From the NCBI GenBank assembly GCA_016218805.1, contig JACRCW010000058.1, forward strand, positions 1 to 38,110: 38,110 bases of DNA, given 5' to 3'. Origin of the DNA: Deltaproteobacteria bacterium. GTDB taxonomy: Bacteria > Myxococcota > JACRCW01. Positions 1 to 7,801 of this stretch are shown here, in pieces (the stretch's first letter is position 1; every line of letters starts with the position of its first letter). Made by a program: the position numbers and the translations under genes. The notes beneath the pieces are model-generated. The model was not told the origin of the DNA and did not search any database. It saw only the letters and a program-made list of their open reading frames with translations.

Positions 1-290
1 CCACAACGCGGCCAATCTCATTGCAATGATATTCCTCTGCTGCTCTGGTCTTGTTCTCCAATCAGTCCACAAGACCCCGGTTCCTGCATGACATCTCACT
101 ACGGAGCCACGACGTGCCTCACCCAATTGTCAGGAGAACCCCAAAAAGGGGGGCGGGTACGCATGCACGCAGAGCGTGCATGCATTCAGACGTGCCAGTT
201 GTGGAACAGGCGCCGGCTCAGGATTGGATCCGCCTCGGGGTGATCCAGGGCATGGCCCGGCCAGCCGCCTCCGGAGACCGGGCGGCAGAT

Positions 291-612
291 TGCGCACCCC
301 GGGAACGCGCCTGCAGAGGTGGGTGGCACCGATCGCAGACCACGGGGAAAGGACTGCAGGGGTGGGTGGGAACCGATTGCGACCCCCGGGAGGCCGACTG
401 CATGGGCTGGTGGGGCTGATCACGCCCCCCGGGGGGCCGGCTGCAGACCCCGGGAAGCGCGTGGCAGACCCCGGGGAGCGGCCTGCAGAGGTGGGTGAAG
501 GTGGCTGCAGAGGCCGGGAAGCCGGAATGCAGACCCCGGGGAGCGGCTTGCAGTGTCCGGGAAGGTCTTTGCAGACCCCAGGCGGCGGGGTTGCAGGGGT
601 CGGGAGCACGCC
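291..612. repeat. Degenerate tandem array, ~15 units of 21-23 bp with a TGCAG...GGG core
   Basis: Unit starts at about 291, 312, 334, 355, 378, 399, 421, 442, 463, 484, 506, 528, 549, 570, 592. Examples: TGCAGACCCCGGGAAGCGCGT, TGCAGACCCCGGGGAGCGGCT, TGCAGAGGTGGGTGAAGGTGGC. Unit lengths of 22-23 bp break any reading frame. Confidence 0.8.
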
Positions 613-667
613 GGTTGAGGGGCGCGTCGCCTCCACCGGCCCACGCATTTGACCCGCCCCTGCCCGC

Positions 668-2017
668 TCACTTCAACCGGAGAATCACGCGGCGGTTGCG
701 CCCCTCTTCGGAGTCGGTCTTCACCTCTGGGCGCGTCTCACCAAACGCGCCCGTTGACAGGCGGGACCGCGCCACGCCCAGCCCGGCCAGCCCTTCCACC
801 ACGGCCTTCACGCGCCGCTTGGACAGGTCCAGGTTGTAGTCGCCTTCGCCGGGCAGGCTGGTGTGCCCCTCCACAATGACGTGCACCTGCGGATGCGCGG
901 CCAGCACCTTGGCCACCTTGGACAACGTGGCACGCGCCGCGGGTGTGAGGACGTCCTTGTCAAAGTCAAACAGCACCGTCTCCTGGAGCGCCACCTGGAC
1001 GCCGTCGTCGCGTTCGGTGACGGGCGTCTCCGGGCCCAGCGCGTCGGTGAGGGCCTGCATGAGCTTGGTGGGTGACCCGCCGGGCCCCAGTGATACCGCG
1101 CCGCCCTGGCCGCCGGTGCCACCCTGCCCGCCGCGCGAATCGCAATTGCAGGTGCACACGCTGCTGCGCTTGGCGCATTCGCGCAGGTCGTCACGCGCGG
1201 CGTCACGCACCGCGTCCACCTCCTTGCGCATGGCCGCCACCTCAACCAGGGCGCGCTTCACGCGGGCGGCGCCGCCCTCCAGCTGCGCCTGGCACTTCTT
1301 GGCGGTCATGCGCGCGCTGGGGGGCGTGCGGTCCGGCATCCGCGGCATGCCCTTCCAAGGGTCCAGCGCGGAGATGAGGGACCGGTTCCGGTAGGCCCAG
1401 ATCTCCGCCACCTTGTGGAAGTGATCCTCCGCGGCCTGGCGGCGCAGCTCGTCGTGGCAGTCGTTCTCGCGGTCCGTGCGGTAGGACGCCAGCGGCGCGG
1501 AATGCCCCAGGCCGGAGACGGCATACAGCGTCACGCGGCGCCCCTCTCCCTCGCGGGTGTGGATCACCTCCAGCCCCTGCCGCCACAGCCAGAACGCGGA
1601 GATCAGCCCGGTGATCAGCATGGAGACTGCGGTCCCCGCGCTGCCAAACGACGCCACGCACAGCAGTCCCGCGCCCAGGCGGAACCGGTCCGCGGTGGTT
1701 CCATTCAGCCCGGGCTCAAGACTGCGGAGCAGCGCCACGGAGGAAATGGTCCCTTCCGCCGCGGCCGCGGCCAACGCCATGGGCCACAGCGCCAGCCCGC
1801 ACGCCGCCACGCCCAGGAACACGGTGGGCAGGATGTTGGGCGCCTCGTGGGTGGGCTCGCAGACCAGGTATTCGCCGCCGTCACAGGGGCCCGCGCTCCA
1901 GGCGGTGCCGTACTCGCAGAAGCTGGGACGGTCGGCGTCGCTCACGCAGCCGGGGTCCGCGCCCGACGAGGGTTCCGCGGCAAGAAGGAGGGCGGCGACG
2001 AGGGAGAGAATCGGCAT
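668..2017 (-). CDS. Membrane protein with C-terminal OmpA/MotB-like peptidoglycan-binding domain
   Basis: Signal-like N-terminus MPILSLVAALLLAA and hydrophobic segments. The C-terminus VLFDFDKDVL...VEGHTS...NLDLSKRRVKAV...GETRP...NRRV is a typical OmpA_C domain. Start taken at ATG 2017. Confidence 0.85.
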   Translation of the reverse strand: MPILSLVAALLLAAEPSSGADPGCVSDADRPSFCEYGTAWSAGPCDGGEYLVCEPTHEAPNILPTVFLGVAACGLALWPMALAAAAAEGTISSVALLRSLEPGLNGTTADRFRLGAGLLCVASFGSAGTAVSMLITGLISAFWLWRQGLEVIHTREGEGRRVTLYAVSGLGHSAPLASYRTDRENDCHDELRRQAAEDHFHKVAEIWAYRNRSLISALDPWKGMPRMPDRTPPSARMTAKKCQAQLEGGAARVKRALVEVAAMRKEVDAVRDAARDDLRECAKRSSVCTCNCDSRGGQGGTGGQGGAVSLGPGGSPTKLMQALTDALGPETPVTERDDGVQVALQETVLFDFDKDVLTPAARATLSKVAKVLAAHPQVHVIVEGHTSLPGEGDYNLDLSKRRVKAVVEGLAGLGVARSRLSTGAFGETRPEVKTDSEEGRNRRVILRLK

Positions 2018-2082
2018 GGTGAGGTACCCCGGCCCGCGCGGTGGCTGCACCGCGGAGGGGCCGGAGAACCTCTAACCCGCAC

Positions 2083-3558
2083 TCACGGAAGCACGCACGC
2101 GAACAGCGGAGACTCGGCCTGCACGCGCAGGTGCACGTCCACCACGGCGCCGGTCCGCGTCCCGCCGGCGGGGTCGCGCCAGGTCATGCCGGCGCGCTCC
2201 ACCTCGCAGTTGCCGCGCCCGTCACACGTGGCGCCGGTGGTGTAGGCCAGGTTGAACTTCAGGATGCCCAGCGCGGAGACCGGCACCAGCTCCGCGGGCT
2301 GGGACACGCGGTCACCGTTGTCACTCCAGGCCAGCAGCCGAGCAAACGCGGGGTCCCGGGCGTCCAGCACGCCGTCATGGTTGGCGTCATGCGCGGCCAG
2401 CGCGGCAAACCCGTTGCGCGGGGCGCCCGGGGAACCGGAGCCCAACAGTTCCCGGCCACTGTCAATGCGCCCGTTCCCGTCAAGGTCAATGGCCAGCCAG
2501 GGCGTGGCGGCGGTGGGCCAGTCATGGCGGTGGCCGGAGGGGTCCCCGCGGCCGGAGACGTCAAACCGCGCAAACCCGTCATACGCGCGGTAGGCCACGC
2601 GGCGCGCCGGGTCCAGCAGGATCACCAGCGGCGTGCGGCACTGCCAGCGGCGGCCGTCGGAGCCGTCACAGTGGAACAGCGCGTAGTTCTCGTCGGTCAG
2701 CTCCACCGCGCCGTCGCAGCGGTCATCCACCCAGGTGCGCAGGTAGCCGTACCAGATGTCCGGGTAGGCGCTGTTGCGGCGGTTGCACCACGCCCAGAAC
2801 CGGTCCGGGCTGCAGCCGCCCGAGTTGTCCTCGGCGGCGCAATGATCGCCGTAGCCCGGGTCACCGCCGCAGTTGTTGCCCTCGGTCTCCGTGCAGTCAT
2901 TCACGCAGCGGTCCGCCTGCGAGCAGTCCGGGTCCAGGCAGTCCACCAGCTCGTCGCAATCGTCATCCGCGCCGTTGCCGCAGGCTTCCGCGCGCGGCGT
3001 GCAGGTGCGGCAGTGCTCGTGGTTGGCGCAATCGGAGTCCGCGCAGTCCACCAGGCCGTCGCAGTCGTCGTCCAGGCGGTTGTCGCAGGTCTCGCTGCCG
3101 GGCGCCGTGCACACGCGGCAGGCCGCGTCCTCATCGCAGTCGCGGTCGTCGCAGTCGGTCGCTTCGTCGCAGTCATCATCCACGCCGTTGCCGCAGGTCT
3201 CCGCGGTGCCGGTGGGGTTGCACCGGCGGCAGGCCGGGTCATTGGCGCAGCCCGGATCCGCGCAATCCACCGTCCCGTTGCAGTCGTCGTCCAGCCGGTT
3301 GTCGCACGTCTCAAACTCGGCCGGCTGGCAGCCGCAGCTGCGGTGCTCTGCGCAGTCCGTGTCCTCGCAGTCGGCCTTGCCGTCGCAGTCGTCGTCCGCG
3401 CCGTTGCCGCAGATCTCCATATCTGAGCCGCACTGCCACGCCTCGCCCGCCACCAGCGACGCGGAGCCCGGGCCACTGCCCAGTTCCATCTCCGTCATGC
3501 AGGCGGTGCTGGCAGCCAGGACGACCAGGGCGGACAGGATTGAACGGGACAGCAACAT
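2083..3558 (-). CDS. Lipoprotein with five Cys/Asp-rich metal-binding-type repeats and a C-terminal calcium-binding domain resembling the FrpC self-processing module
   Basis: Lipobox-like LAASTAC and RBS GGAGG. Five repeats of ExCxNxxDDDCDxxxDCxDxDC. C-terminal TPLVILLD...WLAIDLDGNGRIDSGRELLG...NGFAALAAHDANHDGVLDARDPAFARLLAWSD...SQPAEL...LGI. Confidence 0.85.
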   Translation of the reverse strand: MLLSRSILSALVVLAASTACMTEMELGSGPGSASLVAGEAWQCGSDMEICGNGADDDCDGKADCEDTDCAEHRSCGCQPAEFETCDNRLDDDCNGTVDCADPGCANDPACRRCNPTGTAETCGNGVDDDCDEATDCDDRDCDEDAACRVCTAPGSETCDNRLDDDCDGLVDCADSDCANHEHCRTCTPRAEACGNGADDDCDELVDCLDPDCSQADRCVNDCTETEGNNCGGDPGYGDHCAAEDNSGGCSPDRFWAWCNRRNSAYPDIWYGYLRTWVDDRCDGAVELTDENYALFHCDGSDGRRWQCRTPLVILLDPARRVAYRAYDGFARFDVSGRGDPSGHRHDWPTAATPWLAIDLDGNGRIDSGRELLGSGSPGAPRNGFAALAAHDANHDGVLDARDPAFARLLAWSDNGDRVSQPAELVPVSALGILKFNLAYTTGATCDGRGNCEVERAGMTWRDPAGGTRTGAVVDVHLRVQAESPLFACVLP

Positions 3559-3724
3559 GGCGCACCTCCGGATCCACTGTGGGGCATTGTGGTCTGCGGG
3601 AGCAGCCGCGTGCGTCGGGGAACCGACCGAGACCCGTTGACCGACGGTCCAATGACGTAGGCCGGCGGGCGAGGGAGCGGCGGTGTCGACGTGGCCACCG
3701 GGGCGGGGTGATACTCAGCGCGCC

Positions 3725-4276
3725 ATGACGGAGATCCCCGGCGGCCCGCCCCGCTTCCGCCTACCGACCGATGCCCAGCCCCGCGCGGAGCGCAAAGCGC
3801 CCGCGCAAAAGGGGGGCGCCAAGGCGGGCGCGGCCAAGGGCGGCAGCCCGGACAGCCCGGCGCGCACCACGCTGGGCCAGGACAGCTTCAGCCGCGCGGT
3901 GACGGGGACCGGAGGCATCAACACGCCGTCCCAGGAGGGGCCGCGGGCGCGGATCCGTTTTGCGGCGGCGGGGCCCCCCACGCTGCAGGGAGAGCTGCGC
4001 GAAGGCGGCCGGGTCACGCTGGAGTACCACCCCGACCGCCAGGGACCCGGGATGACACCGTGGGTCACCGTGCGGTTTGAGCCGCGCGGCGAGCAACACG
4101 AGCGGCAATGCGCGGAGGTGGAACTGGTGGCCGGCCGTCCCACCGGGAGGATGCGCCCGGCGCCGGTGACGCTGGATGTGCCGGTGCCGGCGCAGGCCAT
4201 GGAGGTCCGGTTCGGCCCGCGTGCTGACGGGCCGCACCGCTTCCCCATCAAGCCGCGCGCCCGCGTGGGTCCCTGA
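3725..4276 (+). CDS. Hypothetical protein: low-complexity N-terminus plus DUF6209-like beta domain
   Basis: Coding-like GC3. RIRFAAAGPPTLQGELREGGRVTLEYHPDR...VRFEP...VTLDVPVPAQAMEVRF...RFPI resembles DUF6209 (from memory). Confidence 0.6.
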   Translation: MTEIPGGPPRFRLPTDAQPRAERKAPAQKGGAKAGAAKGGSPDSPARTTLGQDSFSRAVTGTGGINTPSQEGPRARIRFAAAGPPTLQGELREGGRVTLEYHPDRQGPGMTPWVTVRFEPRGEQHERQCAEVELVAGRPTGRMRPAPVTLDVPVPAQAMEVRFGPRADGPHRFPIKPRARVGP

Positions 4277-4286
4277 GGCCACGCGG

Positions 4287-5657
4287 ATGCGCTGGGGCCG
4301 CATACTGGGCTGGGCCGTCGTGATCGCGGTGATTGTCATCGCCGCCACGTGGCAGACGCCGGCGGCCGGACCGCGCCGCGCGCCGCGGGCGGAGCGGGAG
4401 CGCCCGGCGCCCGCCCGCATGCCCGTTCCCGCGCGGGCGGACGCGGGATGGGCCCCGGATGCGGCCAAGGCCACCGTGATGCAACCGCCCACCGCGGGTG
4501 ACCCGGGCGGCTATTGCGACGGTCCGGCCGGGCCCGCGGGCTACGCGCGGCCCAACGCGGGACATGAGGTGGGAGGGTGGCTGGCCAACCAGGAGCACCC
4601 GTTGCCGGCGGGGGCCATGGAGGCGGTGCGGCAGGCGTGGGCGTCCCACAGCGCGGAGGAGGCGCTGGAACTGGCCGGGGAGGCAACGCGCGCAGCACCG
4701 GGTCACGCGGGTACGCAGGCCACGCTGGGACTCATGGCCCGGCGGGCCGGGCGCCCCTTCCTGGCGGCGGAGTCCCTGGCGCGCGCGGTTTCCCTGTCCG
4801 GTGATGAGGGCGCGGTGCTGCGGGAGCTGGCGGATGCGCTGGCGGTGACGGGCCGGACCGCCGAGGCGCTGCACCATTGGCGGCGCTACGCCACCGCGCA
4901 TCCGGACGACTGGGAAGCGCAACGGCGCGTGCGCCTGTTGGAGACGGCGCGCGAGGTGGAGGCGGATTTCCGGACGCACGCTGACCCCTGGTTCCCCGTG
5001 AGCAGCCACCCGGATGTGCCCGCCGAGCGCGTGGCCGCGGTGCAACAGGCCCTGCGCAACGCGCTCCCGCGCGTGGTGGCGCTGCTGGGCCCGCTGCGGG
5101 ACCCGGTGGCGGTCTCCATCTACCGGGAACGCGCGGACCTGCTGGCCACAACGTGCGCCCAGGGCTGGGCCCATGCGGTGTTTGATGGGCAGATGCGCTT
5201 CCAGGACGAGTCCGGGGGTGTGCTGCGGCGTCCGGAGGCGCTGGAGAAGGTGGCCGCGCATGAACTCACGCATGTGCTGCAGCGGCGGACGCGCGCGCGC
5301 GCGGACGGGTGGCTGACGGAAGGCGTGGCGCGCTGGATCGCCCACGAGGAGGACCGCGGCTACCTCCGCACGCTGGCTGCGTTGGCCGCCAACGGAACGT
5401 GCATCCCGTTCTCGTCCATGATGGGGCCGTTGATGGTGCTGGAGCACGCGGAGGACAGCGCCCTGGCGTATGACCAGGCGCTGATGATGGTGCACTGGGT
5501 GGTCTCCCGCGTGGGCGCGGACGGACTGGCCGCGCTGCTGCGCCATGAACAGCGCGACGGTGAGGCCGCCCTGGCCGGCGTGCTGGGCCTGGGGCGCGAT
5601 GCGCTGACCTCCTCGTTCATGGACTGGGCCCGTGGCGCGGCACCGCGCGGTGATTGA
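4287..5657 (+). CDS. Membrane-anchored TPR protein with peptidase MA-like (gluzincin) domain
   Basis: N-terminal TM helix, then TPR-like helices, then AHELTHV followed by WLTEGVARW (HExxH plus EGxA). Confidence 0.8.
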   Translation: MRWGRILGWAVVIAVIVIAATWQTPAAGPRRAPRAERERPAPARMPVPARADAGWAPDAAKATVMQPPTAGDPGGYCDGPAGPAGYARPNAGHEVGGWLANQEHPLPAGAMEAVRQAWASHSAEEALELAGEATRAAPGHAGTQATLGLMARRAGRPFLAAESLARAVSLSGDEGAVLRELADALAVTGRTAEALHHWRRYATAHPDDWEAQRRVRLLETAREVEADFRTHADPWFPVSSHPDVPAERVAAVQQALRNALPRVVALLGPLRDPVAVSIYRERADLLATTCAQGWAHAVFDGQMRFQDESGGVLRRPEALEKVAAHELTHVLQRRTRARADGWLTEGVARWIAHEEDRGYLRTLAALAANGTCIPFSSMMGPLMVLEHAEDSALAYDQALMMVHWVVSRVGADGLAALLRHEQRDGEAALAGVLGLGRDALTSSFMDWARGAAPRGD

Positions 5658-5706
5658 CGTGCTTTGCGCTTGCCGCATTCCGCCGTTTGTGGAACACGGA
5701 CCCATC

Positions 5707-6465
5707 GTGGAACGCGACGAACTCCTCCGTCTGCTGGAGCAGGTGGCGCGCGGCGGCACGTCGCCGGAGGCGGCCGTGCGCGCGCTGGCGGACGGGTACG
5801 CCGATGTGCCGGGTGTGGCGCGGGTGGACCTGGACCGCGTCCACCGGCGGGGCATCCCGGAGGTGGTGTTTGGCGAGCGCAAGAGCGCGGCCCAGGTGGA
5901 GTCCATCTTCCGCCACCTGCTGGAGCACGGGCAGGACGCGCTGGTGACCCGCCTGGACGACGACAAAGCGCGCGCGCTCAAGGCGGCCTTCCCGCAGGGC
6001 GAGCACAACGCGCTGGGGCGCACCTTCCTGTGCCGGGCGCGCCCCTTCCGCGACGTGGGGCGCGGGCACGTGCTGGTGGTGTGCGCGGGCACGTCTGACC
6101 TGCCGGTGGCGGAGGAGGCCGCCGCCACGCTGGATGCAATGGGCCACCGCGTGCAGCGGCTGGTGGACGTGGGCGTGGCAGGCGTGCACCGCCTCATGGC
6201 TGAACGCGCGCGCCTGGATGACGCGGAGGTCATCATCGCCGTGGCGGGCATGGAAGCGGCGCTGCCCAGCGTCATTGGCGGGCTGTGCGCGCGGCCGGTG
6301 ATCGGTGTGCCCACCAGCGTGGGTTACGGCGCCGCGTTTGGCGGGGTGGCCGCGCTGCTGGCCATGCTCAATGCGTGCTCGTCAGGCGTCACCGTGGTGA
6401 ACATTGATAACGGATTTGGCGCGGCGTTTGCCGCGGCGCTGTACAACCGGCGGAAGGAGGACTGA
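5707..6465 (+). CDS. larB: Nickel pincer cofactor biosynthesis protein LarB (AIR-carboxylase-like)
   Basis: Motifs GIPEVVFGERKS, AGTSDLPVAEEA, DVGVAGVHRL, AGMEAALPSV, VPTSVGYGA, VVNIDNGFGAA. GTG start at 5707 is inferred. Confidence 0.93.
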   Translation: MERDELLRLLEQVARGGTSPEAAVRALADGYADVPGVARVDLDRVHRRGIPEVVFGERKSAAQVESIFRHLLEHGQDALVTRLDDDKARALKAAFPQGEHNALGRTFLCRARPFRDVGRGHVLVVCAGTSDLPVAEEAAATLDAMGHRVQRLVDVGVAGVHRLMAERARLDDAEVIIAVAGMEAALPSVIGGLCARPVIGVPTSVGYGAAFGGVAALLAMLNACSSGVTVVNIDNGFGAAFAAALYNRRKED

Positions 6466-6466
6466 G

Positions 6467-7801
6467 GTGGCGCGCACGCTGCTCCACTTTGACCCCGCCG
6501 CCGGCGCATCCGGGGACATGGTGCTGGGCGCACTGCTGGACGTGGGCGTGCCCGCAGAGGTGGTGGACACCGCGGTGCGTGCGGTGGGCGTGATGGCCCG
6601 CCTGGAAGTGAACCCGGAGCTGCGGCACGGCATCCGCGGCCTGAAGGTCCGGTTCCTGGCGCCGTCCGGCGCTGCGGTGGACCCGCTGGATTCAGACCAC
6701 CCGCCGGAACTCATCCCGCCCCTCATGGTGGACCGCCGCGCCGGGACGGCGGGCCCGCTGTGGCGCCACGTGGAGCAGAAGACCGCGCACACCCACGCGC
6801 ACCACCCGTGGCGTGAGGTGGCCAAACGCATCTCCGCGGCGCCCCTGGCCACGGACGTGCGGGACCTGGCGCTGCGCTTCCTGGGACGGCTGGCCGCGGC
6901 GGAGGCGCAGGTGCACGGCATCCCGCTGGATGACGTGGCCCTCCATGAAGTGGCCGCCGATGACAGCGTGGCCGACCTGGTGGGCGCGGCGGCGGCGTTG
7001 TGCCACCTGGCGCCGGACCGGGTGACCTGTGACGCGTTTGGCGTGTGCAGCGGTTTCATCCGGATGGAACACGGCAACATCCCCGGCCCGGGGCCGGCCA
7101 CCGCGCAGTTGCTCATGGGCGCGCCCGTGGTGGGCCTGGCCGGACGCATGGAGACCGTCACGCCCACGGGCGCCGCCATCCTGACCACGGTGGCCCACTC
7201 CTTTGGCCCGCCGCCGGCCATGGTGCTTGTGGCGCAGGGGTTTGGCGCCGGCCGCAAAGACCCGCCTGAACGCGCCAACCTGTTGCGCGCCTGGCTGGGC
7301 GAGGAGGGCCGCGCGGCGCACCGCGTGCCGCCGGGAGACGCCGTCCTGCTGGAGACCAACGTGGATGACATGACGCCGCAGGACCTGGCCGTGACGGCGG
7401 AGCGGCTGCTGGCGGCGGGGGCGCTGGATGCGTGGGTCACGCCGGTGGTGATGAAGAAGGGCCGGGCCGCCTGGACGCTGCACGCGCTGGTGGAGCCCTC
7501 GCGCCAGGCCGCCGTGGTGCGGCGCCTGTTCCAGGACACCACCACGCTGGGCGTGCGGATCCAGCCCGCCACGCGCATGGTGGCCGAGCGCGTGCACGAG
7601 CGCGTCCGGACCCCCTGGGGTGACGTGCGCGTCAAGGTGGCCCGCGTGGACGGCGTGGAGACCGCGGCCGTGCCGGAGTTTGATGACTGCGCGCGCCTGG
7701 CTGCGCGCGCGGGTGTCGCCGTGGGCCAGGTGCGCAACGCGGCGCTCACGGCGCGCGCACCCGCGGCGCGCCGGCGTGCGCCGCGGAGGAGCCGGCGATG
7801 A
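6467..7801 (+). CDS. larC: Nickel insertion protein LarC (fused LarC1-LarC2)
   Basis: Motifs GASGDMVLGAL, His patch HTHAHH, AEAQVHG...HEV, TPTGAAIL, ETNVDDMTP, MKKGR, TTTLGVR, PEFDDC. GTG 1 nt after the larB stop. Confidence 0.92.
   Translation: MARTLLHFDPAAGASGDMVLGALLDVGVPAEVVDTAVRAVGVMARLEVNPELRHGIRGLKVRFLAPSGAAVDPLDSDHPPELIPPLMVDRRAGTAGPLWRHVEQKTAHTHAHHPWREVAKRISAAPLATDVRDLALRFLGRLAAAEAQVHGIPLDDVALHEVAADDSVADLVGAAAALCHLAPDRVTCDAFGVCSGFIRMEHGNIPGPGPATAQLLMGAPVVGLAGRMETVTPTGAAILTTVAHSFGPPPAMVLVAQGFGAGRKDPPERANLLRAWLGEEGRAAHRVPPGDAVLLETNVDDMTPQDLAVTAERLLAAGALDAWVTPVVMKKGRAAWTLHALVEPSRQAAVVRRLFQDTTTLGVRIQPATRMVAERVHERVRTPWGDVRVKVARVDGVETAAVPEFDDCARLAARAGVAVGQVRNAALTARAPAARRRAPRRSRR

Noticed and set aside
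1..21. Possible start of a minus-strand gene (MRLAALW...) leaving the window
   Set aside because: Only seven codons are visible, so it cannot be supported.
181..198. Sigma54-like element CTGGCACGTCTGAATGCA on the minus strand
   Set aside because: The -24 box is perfect but the spacing is GG-N11-GC, one base too long for a sigma54 promoter.
291..612. CRISPR or TIGR-type guide array interpretation
   Set aside because: There is no constant repeat with unique spacers, units are only ~21 bp, and no cas or Nop-domain gene is in the window.
51..652. ORFs of 120-170 aa across the first repeat array
   Set aside because: Low-complexity translations of the repeat; unit lengths are not multiples of three and codon bias is not coding-like.
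3637..3652. Imperfect palindrome TTGACCGACGGTCCAA in a divergent intergenic region
   Set aside because: Arms are short and there is no linked regulator; it could be chance.
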